64,000 nt of DNA from Promethearchaeota archaeon (lineage in GTDB: Archaea > Asgardarchaeota > Hermodarchaeia > Hermodarchaeales > Hermodarchaeaceae): contig JBHLMG010000009.1 in assembly GCA_048938385.1 (NCBI GenBank), positions 31,076-95,075 on the forward strand, given 5' to 3'. The notes under the pieces were generated by a model, which was given only the letters and a program-made list of their open reading frames with translations, made no database searches and had not been told where the DNA came from. How positions within the stretch are numbered: position 1 is the stretch's first letter; every line of letters begins with the position of its first letter. The position numbers and the translations under genes are program-made. Below, in pieces: positions 37,744 to 47,356 of the stretch.

Positions 37744-38130
37744 TTATTTTTGTGAGGTTATTCGTGCGTTGAAGCTTTTCCGTGCCTCAATGTTAGCGAA
37801 GGGTTCGAGGTGCACGACAGTATACTCCTCGACCTCTTCCTCGTTGTCGCTGTGTTTTTCATGAAGAATTAGGTAGGTGCTAACACCTTCTCTCACGGAA
37901 AGATAGGCCATGCGTTTGTCAAGAGTTAACAGAGACCAACCTTGCTGTTTGGCATATCCAATGATTTCTTCATCGGTGTGTCCAATGAGATCAGGATAAT
38001 CGTGAACTGAGTGACACTGCCAGTTTTCAGATTGTAATAGTTGGTAGAGTTGTCCACTAAGAGTTTTCGAGGATGTACTCAAATTCTCATCAAAGATAAT
38101 TTCTTTTCGTGTCACAGGGAGCACCTTCAA
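37744..38130 (-). CDS. PIN-like domain protein (DUF5615/Mut7-C type)
   Basis: IIFDENL, TDEEIIGYA, LLTLDK acidic motifs. Confidence 0.78.
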   Translation of the reverse strand: MKVLPVTRKEIIFDENLSTSSKTLSGQLYQLLQSENWQCHSVHDYPDLIGHTDEEIIGYAKQQGWSLLTLDKRMAYLSVREGVSTYLILHEKHSDNEEEVEEYTVVHLEPFANIEARKSFNARITSQK

Positions 38131-38137
38131 ATTTGAT

Positions 38138-39187
38138 TTATAGAATAAGAACTCGAAGTATGATATTTGGATCTAGCTGGTCAGCTTTACCGTTCATTAA
38201 GGCTTTGAGATTAAGTATCTCATACCATTTCAGGTTGAGGTATCCAAGCACAATGCCAAAATGGAATGGGTATCCAAGAAGTGCATCGACACTTGTTCTG
38301 CGGATTTCCTCATGAAAGACCTTTTCAAAGGTGTACAAATTCTGGTATTGCTCATAGGCTTCCCAACTTTGACCAATCATGTATCCATAGCTGCTTTCTT
38401 GGAGTTTTTGAACACGCTCTTCGAAGTTTCTTGTATGAATGGCTTCTTTGCAAAGGGTCAGTGGAAGCCGGTGTTCGACTTGGAGAAGGAGGTTTTCTGC
38501 ATCCCTGGAATCTATCCCCAGAAAGTGGGTACGAAGGGTAGTCATGAAGTTAATGAGATCAATTTCTATGCCTACTAGTTTAGATGTAACTTCTCGATCA
38601 AGACCGTTCAGTTTATTAGCTTCGCGGTAGAGGTTTTCAAGAATTACAGCATCAATTGCCTGCTCAACAACAACGAGTCGTCCAGTTTTTTCATATTGCG
38701 GTAAAAGATCTACAACAAGTTGTTGGAAATATTGGTCAGGGAGGTTAGTGACAAGTTCTCTCAAGTCTTTTGCATTTAAAAGTTTGAGAAGCACTTCGGT
38801 CGTGAAGGGTGACACAGGGATGAGTAGACGCTCTGCAGTTTCTTGATCTTTTTCGGTTACAAAAAGGCGAAGTAGTGGTTTCACAACTTCACGTTGGAAT
38901 TTTCGATTGATCCAATTCATTATTGGCTGCAACGCTTTAGGGATATCTTCGTAAATTTCTGTGAGTACACGGTTGAAGTCTAACTTGAGAGCTTGTTCCA
39001 CCTCAATTGGAGAAGCCTTCTCGTCGAAATCTTTTATGATTTCAGAGTAACTAGTTGCATCCAAAACTCGGAGGGCGGCGTTCATATCTCGGGCGCCAAG
39101 AAGCGCATCCCAATGTTCCTTGGTTAACATGTCAGCTTTAAATCCACGAATTTTCGCGTTAATGAAGCTGTACTTCGCGACAGACAT
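38138..39187 (-). CDS. atpC: A/V-type ATP synthase subunit C (d)
   Basis: YSFINAKIRG, EIDLINF..LR, GYLNLKWYEILNLKAL; 349 aa. Confidence 0.88.
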   Translation of the reverse strand: MSVAKYSFINAKIRGFKADMLTKEHWDALLGARDMNAALRVLDATSYSEIIKDFDEKASPIEVEQALKLDFNRVLTEIYEDIPKALQPIMNWINRKFQREVVKPLLRLFVTEKDQETAERLLIPVSPFTTEVLLKLLNAKDLRELVTNLPDQYFQQLVVDLLPQYEKTGRLVVVEQAIDAVILENLYREANKLNGLDREVTSKLVGIEIDLINFMTTLRTHFLGIDSRDAENLLLQVEHRLPLTLCKEAIHTRNFEERVQKLQESSYGYMIGQSWEAYEQYQNLYTFEKVFHEEIRRTSVDALLGYPFHFGIVLGYLNLKWYEILNLKALMNGKADQLDPNIILRVLIL

Positions 39188-39193
39188 TGTGCC

Positions 39194-39457
39194 TTACCTT
39201 TTTCCTTCTCTTGGTAACTCTTCTTCTTTTACTCCACTTTCTTTCTTTTGTCCAAAAAGACCAGCCAAATAGAAAAGAGTACAGAACATCATGAGGGTTC
39301 CAATTATCGCACCTATCATAGCCCCTAATATATCGCCACCAGGTCCCCAAATAGCAGGCCCAATAATCCATCCCACAAAAGCAAAGATGATTATTTCACA
39401 TGCAATCGAGGTATAACGGAAGGTTCGACCCATTGAAACCGGTGGTTCATCGCTCAT
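39194..39457 (-). CDS. Small two-TM protein resembling the AtpZ/ATPase-gene-1 family
   Basis: SIACEIIIFAFVGWIIG..GAMIGAIIG pattern, charged tail; directly upstream of atpC; start ATG 39457. Confidence 0.55.
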   Translation of the reverse strand: MSDEPPVSMGRTFRYTSIACEIIIFAFVGWIIGPAIWGPGGDILGAMIGAIIGTLMMFCTLFYLAGLFGQKKESGVKEEELPREGKR

Positions 39458-39999
39458 TCCTGTCACCATTGTTATTGTAAGGGAGAGTGCAGCCAGTTTC
39501 GAATTCAACCCTTAAAATTGTCTCTGAAATTTGTTAAATGTTCGGAATCGATAGTAGCTTATCACGTACTCTTAAGGTTTCGGCAGGTTAATGAAAAAAG
39601 GCCAAGTCCTACTGGTTCCATTTAATTCTGTGACCATTCGGCATCAAATAGTCACCGAATATGGGTGTAACCCTACACTCTCTATCCCGTCTACCTTGAA
39701 AGCTTCCGGGACTGCTTTTCGACCTATGCTATAACCGCCGTTCACATCATGAAATTCTGTAGTGTGCACATTCTGAAGAACTGGGTTCAATATGACGATG
39801 GTTATACACTATCATTGGAGCCTGATTTGGTAGTATGGTATAAGGTGATGAGGGGTCTGCGATAAGTAATGAACGGCTGATTCCACTAGGTGTCGCATAT
39901 TTGTAATGTAAAGGGAATTTCAACGGATAATAAGGCTTATTAAGAAAGGTCATCGTTGAAAGGCGAGGAAACCCCCTACAGGAATAGAGTATCGACTGG

Positions 40000-40335
40000 G
40001 TGTCTACGATGAGCGAGGTTCTTACTGGTGTGCAAAAAGCTGAGGCAGATGCCGTTCAAATTCTTGAAAAGGCTCAAACACAAGTTGAACAAATTCAGCG
40101 AGAGGCAGAGAGAAAGGCTCGGGGCATGGATCAGGTTGTTCGAGCTGAACTCACGGAAGAGATTAACGCTTTGCAAAAAAGTGTTGAAGGTAAAGCCAAA
40201 ATTCAGGCCCAGAAAATTCTCTCCAACGCTGACAATGAAGTTACTGAATTAGAGGAACAAGGAAAGAAGAATACGAAAAAAACTGTCGATTTCATTATTA
40301 AGGCGGTTTATACCTTCGGAGGTGGAAGAGACTGA
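40000..40335 (+). CDS. atpH: A/V-type ATP synthase subunit H (G), peripheral stalk
   Basis: 111-aa Ala/Glu/Lys coiled coil (VQKAEADAVQILEKA) upstream of atpE. Confidence 0.78.
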   Translation: MSTMSEVLTGVQKAEADAVQILEKAQTQVEQIQREAERKARGMDQVVRAELTEEINALQKSVEGKAKIQAQKILSNADNEVTELEEQGKKNTKKTVDFIIKAVYTFGGGRD

Positions 40336-40985
40336 GCGAAACTTCTGCCGCTGAGAGAATTCAGCGAACTATTGTGAATGAAGCAAAGAAGGTAGCGAAG
40401 AAGATGATTGATAATGCAGAAGTCTCTGCCCGCCAGCTTACCGAACAAGCAATAGAAAATACTAGAGCAAATTTGGCCGGATGGGCGGATAGACGCCGTC
40501 AAATGGCCCAAGATGCTAGCGAGCGTATAATTGGCAAAGCTCGTAATGATGCTCACATGAAGATTCTTGATGCTAAAGCACAACTTATTAACAATGCGTT
40601 TGAAGAAACTAAGAAAAAATTCGAAAAGGAACATAACACGGCCCAATACAAGACCTTCTTGAAGAATCTCATTATCAATGCTGGAATTCAAATTGGTGGC
40701 AGTGAGGTTGTTGTTATGACACGGAAAGAAGATCAAACTACTGTTTCAGCATTTAAAGGCCTTGCAACTGCAATCTCTAAAGAAATAGGGCAAAGCGTCA
40801 AGGTGACTGTGTCCAAGCGATCCATGGAGATGCTAGGCGGTGTTTTCGTTCAAAACAAAGATGGAAATATTACCGTTGATTATCGAATTGATACGCTGCT
40901 TGATGAAGTAGCTCGTCAACGACGAAATGAAATCGCAAAAATCCTCTTCGCTGCGGAAATGAAAACTGAACAGATCAGCGCATAG
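40332..40985 (+). CDS. atpE: A/V-type ATP synthase subunit E (probable CTG start)
   Basis: N-terminal coiled coil, MLGGVFV..DGNITVDYRIDTLL..IAKILF; in-frame CTG at 40332 after GGAGGTGG and overlapping the atpH TGA. Confidence 0.88.
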   Translation: MSETSAAERIQRTIVNEAKKVAKKMIDNAEVSARQLTEQAIENTRANLAGWADRRRQMAQDASERIIGKARNDAHMKILDAKAQLINNAFEETKKKFEKEHNTAQYKTFLKNLIINAGIQIGGSEVVVMTRKEDQTTVSAFKGLATAISKEIGQSVKVTVSKRSMEMLGGVFVQNKDGNITVDYRIDTLLDEVARQRRNEIAKILFAAEMKTEQISA

Positions 40986-41089
40986 ACGAAACATATTATA
41001 CTAGTGCAAGTGCGTTGGCAATAACACTCAATCTTAAATAAACGAGACGCCCTGAAGACCTCAACAACCTGATCCTCTGATGCAAATTA

Positions 41090-43912
41090 ATGGATGTGTC
41101 CTTGACGACTGAAACGCCATTCCCCCATACCCAGGATGCATCTGCAGTTATGGAGCAGCTCCAAGTTACCGAGAAGGGTTTAGGTAACGCCGAAGCAAAG
41201 CAGCGTCTCTCTTATTACGGCTTAAATGAATTAGAGGTCGTCAAGGGTCCTGGACCATTATCTATGTTTTTTTCTCAATTCAAGGACATTCTCGTCATTA
41301 TCTTGATCTTTGCTGCCGTCATCTCTGGGCTCATCGCCATTTGGACCATGGAACTTCCAATTGATACCATTGTCATCATGGTGATCGTTATCATCAACGC
41401 AGTCATGGGATTCTCACAAGAATACCGAGCTGAGAAATCCATCGAAGCCTTAAAGGAAATGGCCGCTCCTCAAGCTCACTTGCTACGTGATGGAGAGCCA
41501 ATTGATGCTCCAGCCCGTGAGGTAGTTCCTGGCGATCTCCTTCGCCTTGAAACAGGAGATCGACTACCGGCAGATGCGCGCCTTATCGAATCACATAATC
41601 TGTACACGGATGAAGCCTCACTTACTGGCGAATCAATGCCTGTGAAAAAAACAGCTATGATGACACTTGACCGAAACATCCCGCTAGCTGATCGGTCGAA
41701 CATGGTTCATTCAGGTACCATCATTACTTCAGGTCGGGGACTAGCCGTTGTCACACAAACCGGGATGAGGACAGAAATTGGTCGTATAGCTACTATGATT
41801 CAAACAGCTGACACAAAAGAAACGCCACAACAAAAACGAATGCGCCGTTTAGGTAAACAACTTGGATTTGCAATCCTTATAATCTGCATGATTGTGTTGA
41901 CCGTCCAAGTTGCAGTAAACTGGTTAATGGCGTCTCTTGATTTTAACACATTCATTGTCCTCTTTACTATCGCAGTTGCTTTGGCTGTAGCCGCAATCCC
42001 TGAAGGACTTCCTGCAGTCGTAACTATAACTCTAGCTCTTGGTGTCCAACGGATGGTTCGACGAAATGCAATTATCCGACGGCTCCCTGCGGTTGAAACT
42101 CTTGGGGCTGCTGATATCATCTGTTCGGATAAAACGGGAACGCTAACTAAAGATGAAATGACAGTCCGTGAAATCTATGTTCCAGGCCAGAGTTATGAGG
42201 TCACCGGGGCTGGATATTCCCCTGAAGGTGAGTTTATCTACAATGGGAATACAATAGACCCGCTTCAAAATCCTCAGCTGACTCTTCTCGTGCGTATCGG
42301 TCGTCTATGCAACAACGCCCAAGTTCGACAGGTTAACAGTACATGGGAGGTAGTGGGCGATCCAACTGAAGGGGCTTTAGTCGTTGCCGCCCAAAAAGCA
42401 GGGCTTACTGACCAACTACTCAACGAGTTTCCCCGAATTGCTGAACTGCCTTTCGACCCTGAACGCAAAAGAATGGCTACCTTACATGATAGCCCGAGCC
42501 AAGAAACTCTAGCGTATGTGAAGGGTGCTCCTGAATTAATACTTGAAGAAAGCACTCATGTCTTCGCTGAAAATGGAGTACGCCCCCTAACCGAAGAGGA
42601 CCGAGCAGAAATTCTGGGAAGTAATGACCGTATGGCAAATAAAGCTCTTCGTGTGCTTGGAATGGCCTACCGAATCTGTCCTGAAGACCTCTGCGATATT
42701 TCACCAGAAGGTGTAGAGCATGATTTAGTCTTCGTCGGGTTAATGGGCATGATGGATCCTCCCCGACCTGAAGTCTACGACGCCATTAAAACAGCACGTG
42801 GAGCAGGTATCAATTCTGTCATGATTACTGGAGATAATCAATACACTGCAGTTGCTGTAGCCAATGAGCTTGGAATGTTTGAAGAAGATGATGTTGTATT
42901 GACGGGTGAGGCACTTGACGCCTTATCCGATGAAGATCTTACAGATGCAGCTTCTCAAATTCGCGTCTATGCACGTGTATCTCCTGAACACAAACTTCGT
43001 ATCGTTAAAGCGCTAAAAAATCGTGGACATATAGCCGCGATGACAGGTGACGGTGTGAATGATGCCCCAGCACTAAAGTACGCTGATATCGGTATATCCA
43101 TGGGAATCACTGGAACAGATGTGACGAAAGAAGCTTCTGACATGATTTTAACTGATGATAACTACGCCTCAATTGTTAATGCCATCGAAGAAGGGCGTGG
43201 AATTAGCGATAACACACGAAAATTCGTATCTTATCTCTTATCCTGTAACGCTGGAGAAATTTTAGTGATTTTTTTGGCTAGCATCACTCTCTCCGTGCTG
43301 TTTCGATGGCCCCTCCCGCTATTAGCTATTCAAATTCTTTTCGTTAATCTGGTCACAGATGGATTACCCGCACTTGCGCTAGGTATGGATCCGATGGAAC
43401 CTGATGTAATGCAACGCGGACCTAGAGACCCCAAGGAAGGCGTTATCACAAAACGGGTTTGGATATTGATTTGGGTAGTGGGACTCACTATAGCTTTCGC
43501 ATCCCTTGGCATTTACGCTTTCGAAATGGCATACCTCACAGGTCCCCCGCTCTATCTCAGTTCCGAGGTGGCTTGGTATCGTGCTAGTACTTTGGCCTTC
43601 ACAGTTTTAGTAATGACTCAGATGGTTCACGCCTTGAATTCTCGTTCTGGTCATCTATCTCTATTCCAAGTGGGATTTCTGAAAAATCGTCTTCTCCTTT
43701 TAGCCATTAGCGTATCTATTATCCTTCACATCACCATACTCTATGTTCCTTTCCTCTCTGCGGTATTCAATACGGTACCACTCTATCCCCTCGACTGGAT
43801 AATCGTAATACTACTCTCCCTTTCGGTGTTCCTTGTTGTTGAAGTATTCAAGTTCCTCATCCGCTTCCAACAAAAAAGAAAAACTGACAACTTGGAGACG
43901 AAAGCACAATAA
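41090..43912 (+). CDS. P-type Ca2+-transporting ATPase (P2A, SERCA/PMR1-like)
   Basis: [42 protein letters not shown]. Confidence 0.93.
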   Translation: MDVSLTTETPFPHTQDASAVMEQLQVTEKGLGNAEAKQRLSYYGLNELEVVKGPGPLSMFFSQFKDILVIILIFAAVISGLIAIWTMELPIDTIVIMVIVIINAVMGFSQEYRAEKSIEALKEMAAPQAHLLRDGEPIDAPAREVVPGDLLRLETGDRLPADARLIESHNLYTDEASLTGESMPVKKTAMMTLDRNIPLADRSNMVHSGTIITSGRGLAVVTQTGMRTEIGRIATMIQTADTKETPQQKRMRRLGKQLGFAILIICMIVLTVQVAVNWLMASLDFNTFIVLFTIAVALAVAAIPEGLPAVVTITLALGVQRMVRRNAIIRRLPAVETLGAADIICSDKTGTLTKDEMTVREIYVPGQSYEVTGAGYSPEGEFIYNGNTIDPLQNPQLTLLVRIGRLCNNAQVRQVNSTWEVVGDPTEGALVVAAQKAGLTDQLLNEFPRIAELPFDPERKRMATLHDSPSQETLAYVKGAPELILEESTHVFAENGVRPLTEEDRAEILGSNDRMANKALRVLGMAYRICPEDLCDISPEGVEHDLVFVGLMGMMDPPRPEVYDAIKTARGAGINSVMITGDNQYTAVAVANELGMFEEDDVVLTGEALDALSDEDLTDAASQIRVYARVSPEHKLRIVKALKNRGHIAAMTGDGVNDAPALKYADIGISMGITGTDVTKEASDMILTDDNYASIVNAIEEGRGISDNTRKFVSYLLSCNAGEILVIFLASITLSVLFRWPLPLLAIQILFVNLVTDGLPALALGMDPMEPDVMQRGPRDPKEGVITKRVWILIWVVGLTIAFASLGIYAFEMAYLTGPPLYLSSEVAWYRASTLAFTVLVMTQMVHALNSRSGHLSLFQVGFLKNRLLLLAISVSIILHITILYVPFLSAVFNTVPLYPLDWIIVILLSLSVFLVVEVFKFLIRFQQKRKTDNLETKAQ

Positions 43913-44012
43913 TCTGGTATTTGAGAAGAGAAAGAGTTAAGGCACAAGTACGATGATTGGTTGAGCATCTTAATAATTTTCAACTATTTCGCTCATATGG
44001 TAGGTCAAACTC

Positions 44013-44270
44013 ATGGAGCTCAGTAACCAAGGAAAATGGCTTCTTGGAATCATAATAATCACGCTCAGCACTATTTTGTTTGTCCTAGGTTGGACTTCCC
44101 CGTTTTGGCCGCCTGGCTTAGGTTGGCTCGGATTACCCATAATGAAGACGGTATTTCCACTCACTGTAACCTCTCTTTGTGTTCTCATCTATTTCTTTGG
44201 TCTTGTACTACTCGCTCGAACCGATCCTCCTCCCATGTCAATCATGGAGACCGAAGTCACTGACAATTAA
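44013..44270 (+). CDS. Small membrane protein
   Basis: 85 aa, two TM helices, GGTAGGT SD-like motif. Confidence 0.55.
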   Translation: MELSNQGKWLLGIIIITLSTILFVLGWTSPFWPPGLGWLGLPIMKTVFPLTVTSLCVLIYFFGLVLLARTDPPPMSIMETEVTDN

Positions 44271-44390
44271 ATAACTTGAAACCTCGGGCTTCTCACTATT
44301 TCAGCCCTTGCCAAGATGCAAATCTATAATAGGGCAGTTGCCTGCACAATTCTACAACACTCAAGATTGTTGTACTAAGGATGCGAGATC

Positions 44391-44864
44391 ATGACCGACC
44401 TTCGAGACAAATTACTCACTTTGGATCGGGCTGGATTAGTGAAGGAAGCTGATAAATTGGGGCTCAAAGTGTCAGACGCCATGAGCCGGGCAGAACTCAT
44501 CACCCTCATAGAAAAAGAACACGCGCTCCAAGAATTTGGAGAACTTAAAACCTTATCCGAGCATCGATTCCTCATTGTCGGACTTTTCTTTGTTACCCTA
44601 GCAACATTCATTCTGGCCTTCGAAACACTCTTCACTCTCCAATCAGGAACCAATGTATTTACGGCTATGCTAGCACCGATATATCTAGTGTTTCGAGGAT
44701 TAGGTGGATTCTTAATCGCTGTAGCGCTCATAATGATTGCCTTGAAGACGAGTTACCAAAGTATTACGCCTTTGGTACGGGCCGCCCTCATCATTGGAGC
44801 AATCTTGATAGTCACCTTTGCCCTCTTCTTCATGCCTTTTCCTGCCCAATGGTTACTCCCCTAA
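44391..44864 (+). CDS. Membrane protein with N-terminal helical (Rho-N/SAP-like) segment
   Basis: LVKEADKLGLKVSDAMSRAELITLI followed by three TM helices. Confidence 0.6.
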   Translation: MTDLRDKLLTLDRAGLVKEADKLGLKVSDAMSRAELITLIEKEHALQEFGELKTLSEHRFLIVGLFFVTLATFILAFETLFTLQSGTNVFTAMLAPIYLVFRGLGGFLIAVALIMIALKTSYQSITPLVRAALIIGAILIVTFALFFMPFPAQWLLP

Positions 44865-44895
44865 ATCGAGCCAGAGTACAAATTTCTAAGAGGAG

Positions 44896-45666
44896 ATGGG
44901 TGTGTCACAGGAAACGGACCAAACAGACAGAGAATCCCCCGCTATTGAAACCTTTCGACTTAGTAAGATCTTCCCCCCCAACATGCTTGCAGTGAATCGT
45001 CTTAACCTAAAAATTCGACAAGGAGTCGTTCATGCCTTGGTCGGACCAAATGGTGCCGGGAAAACAACGACACTCCGTCTGATTGCTGGGTTAAGCCGAC
45101 CGAACCGGGGGAGCATCTTCATCATGGGCTATGATATGTTACGAGAATCCTGGAAGGCTAAGCAACACCTAGGCATTCTCCCTGATGCTCCAACGGCCTA
45201 TGAGGCTTTACGAGTGGAAGAGTTCCTTCAATTTATCGGGAGTTTATACCGGGTCCCTGATGAGCAATTTGAAGAGCGTCGTCTAGAATACTTGAACCGC
45301 TTTGATATCAGGGGGTATTTGCATAAGCATATGGGGGAGTTGTCGAGGGGAATGCTTCAACGAACTCTTCTTACAGCCCTTCTCATTCGGAATCCCAAAG
45401 TTATGTTGATGGACGAACCTCTTTACGGACTTGATCCTGAAGGAGGTTATGTACTCAAACAAGTGATAAGAGAATTAGCGGCTAGCGGGAATACTGTAGT
45501 CGTGTCTACACACATCCTCAGTATTGCTGAAGAAATCAGTGACGAATTCACAATTCTTTCGGAAGGAGTCAAAGTCGCTTCTGGCACTGTTGAAGACCTT
45601 CGAAACAAAATCGACGGAGGCACAAATTTAGAAGACTATTACATCAAGACGCTCCGAGGGAGGTAA
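44896..45666 (+). CDS. ABC transporter ATP-binding protein (exporter type)
   Basis: GPNGAGKTT, LSRGM, DEPLYGLDP, STH. Confidence 0.92.
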   Translation: MGVSQETDQTDRESPAIETFRLSKIFPPNMLAVNRLNLKIRQGVVHALVGPNGAGKTTTLRLIAGLSRPNRGSIFIMGYDMLRESWKAKQHLGILPDAPTAYEALRVEEFLQFIGSLYRVPDEQFEERRLEYLNRFDIRGYLHKHMGELSRGMLQRTLLTALLIRNPKVMLMDEPLYGLDPEGGYVLKQVIRELAASGNTVVVSTHILSIAEEISDEFTILSEGVKVASGTVEDLRNKIDGGTNLEDYYIKTLRGR

Positions 45667-45692
45667 CGGGTCTGAAAGGTAGTACTACTAGT

Positions 45693-47321
45693 ATGTTGAC
45701 TCGATGGGAGTTCCGTCGGTTATGGAATCAGTTAACCCTAACCGCTAAACGCCCCGCCTACCTCGCTGTTCAGGTGGTCTCGTTTTCTATTGTAGGATTA
45801 ATCCTCTGGCTCCTGTGGTTTCTCATCTTTATTTTACCCTATAACATCCGAAATTCCATGTACCTTCTAATTACTCAAAGTGGGCTGGTTGGACCTAACG
45901 CCGTTTTGTTATGTTATGGGCTGTTGTCTCTTCTCGTTGCTCAACAACTGATAAAAGCGTTCATGGGAGTTCCGCTCGCAGCGGATTCTGAACCCGCTGA
46001 TGCTGATCTACTTTTTCCTGCTCCTATTCAAGGCCATGTGTTCTTTACCTCAAAATATATTCGATCGATTCCTAGACGACTCCTCTTCTTTGTCTATGCT
46101 CTCATCGCACTTCAACCAGTGATCTGGTTTTTTGGTTTTAAGTACGGGCTAACACTCACCACGTTCCTCCTCTTTTTAGTCATTGTCTTCCTATTAAGCG
46201 AAATTGGGTCTATTACGGCGCATATACTTTATTCACTCCGCAAATATACTGGTCAAGATCGGCACTGGAGGCGGTGGTACAGACTGATTTTCTATCTTGC
46301 CACCGTGATAGGCACAATACTTCTTCTAACGCCAATCTACATGGTGAATGGGGAAATGGTGCCTTCTGCTATCTACAATCTAGCCTATGTGCTTGTAGCC
46401 TTGGGTACAGAAGGTTACTTCGCATACCTCTATTATCCAGCTATTCCTGGAGTTCTCTTCGGTCTCGTCATTGCTTACCTCCTATTTCTTATCGTCGCAC
46501 GATTTCTTTCAGATAAAATTACTATTGATCTTTACGAAGATCTAGCAATTGTGACTCAAGGTAGGGGCACTGTTCGGGGTTTGTTAGGTCGACTTCCGAT
46601 CCAATATCGGGCAAACAAATCACCTGTGCGTGCAATTCTTCGAAAGGATACGGTCACAGGGATTCGGAAACCAGGGAAGGCTCTCTATCTTGCTGGCATT
46701 CTTGTAAACTACGCCTTTGCTCTTTTCTTCATCTCACTCATTCCCACTTTCCAAACCTTGTTTCCTCTTCCACCGGTCTTTATCCCATTCAAACAAGCAC
46801 TCTATGCAATTTTATTAGTCGTAATCATCCCGCTCCTGTCGATAACAGCTTCAGATCCCTTCCGAGGTGAATATGGAACCATTTACCTTATCCGACTCGC
46901 ACCTGTGCCCCCTGTTCAATTCGCTTTTATTAAATATCTACAACAGCTATTAACCCCGTTCATACTGGCTATACCATTCGCTATCTATTTCGCTGTCATT
47001 TTAGGCGATCTTACACTACTCCCTATCGCACTAGCAATTATCCCGCATTCAATCCTGTTATCTACAATTATCGGAGTAGCCTTGGGAAGTCGATATCCAT
47101 ATCCCATTCGTGGCAAGAGCGAAACCCCTGTTGCGTTGATGGTTACCTATCCAGTGATCTCTTGGATTGCGATTATGCCTGTGCTTGTGTTTCTATTAGG
47201 CTTCATTCAAGCCGGAATTAGCTGGACACTCTTAGGATCTCTATTTTTTACACCTTACACAATCGGTCTAACGCTTATGCTCCTTCAATGGTCTGCTCAC
47301 TCTTACATACGGCAAGAATAA
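45693..47321 (+). CDS. ABC exporter permease
   Basis: About 12 TM helices in two halves (DLLFPAPI..K; LIRLAPV..K), downstream of the ATPase. Confidence 0.75.
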   Translation: MLTRWEFRRLWNQLTLTAKRPAYLAVQVVSFSIVGLILWLLWFLIFILPYNIRNSMYLLITQSGLVGPNAVLLCYGLLSLLVAQQLIKAFMGVPLAADSEPADADLLFPAPIQGHVFFTSKYIRSIPRRLLFFVYALIALQPVIWFFGFKYGLTLTTFLLFLVIVFLLSEIGSITAHILYSLRKYTGQDRHWRRWYRLIFYLATVIGTILLLTPIYMVNGEMVPSAIYNLAYVLVALGTEGYFAYLYYPAIPGVLFGLVIAYLLFLIVARFLSDKITIDLYEDLAIVTQGRGTVRGLLGRLPIQYRANKSPVRAILRKDTVTGIRKPGKALYLAGILVNYAFALFFISLIPTFQTLFPLPPVFIPFKQALYAILLVVIIPLLSITASDPFRGEYGTIYLIRLAPVPPVQFAFIKYLQQLLTPFILAIPFAIYFAVILGDLTLLPIALAIIPHSILLSTIIGVALGSRYPYPIRGKSETPVALMVTYPVISWIAIMPVLVFLLGFIQAGISWTLLGSLFFTPYTIGLTLMLLQWSAHSYIRQE

Positions 47322-47356
47322 TTAGAGGACTTGACACCTAATTCGAAGTAAGTTAG

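Noticed and set aside
39510-39999. RNA gene or small ORFs (39747-39953 minus; ~47 aa from 39591 plus) in the long divergent intergenic region
   Set aside because: No tRNA cloverleaf or T-loop motif, and no recognisable protein signal; more likely divergent promoter DNA
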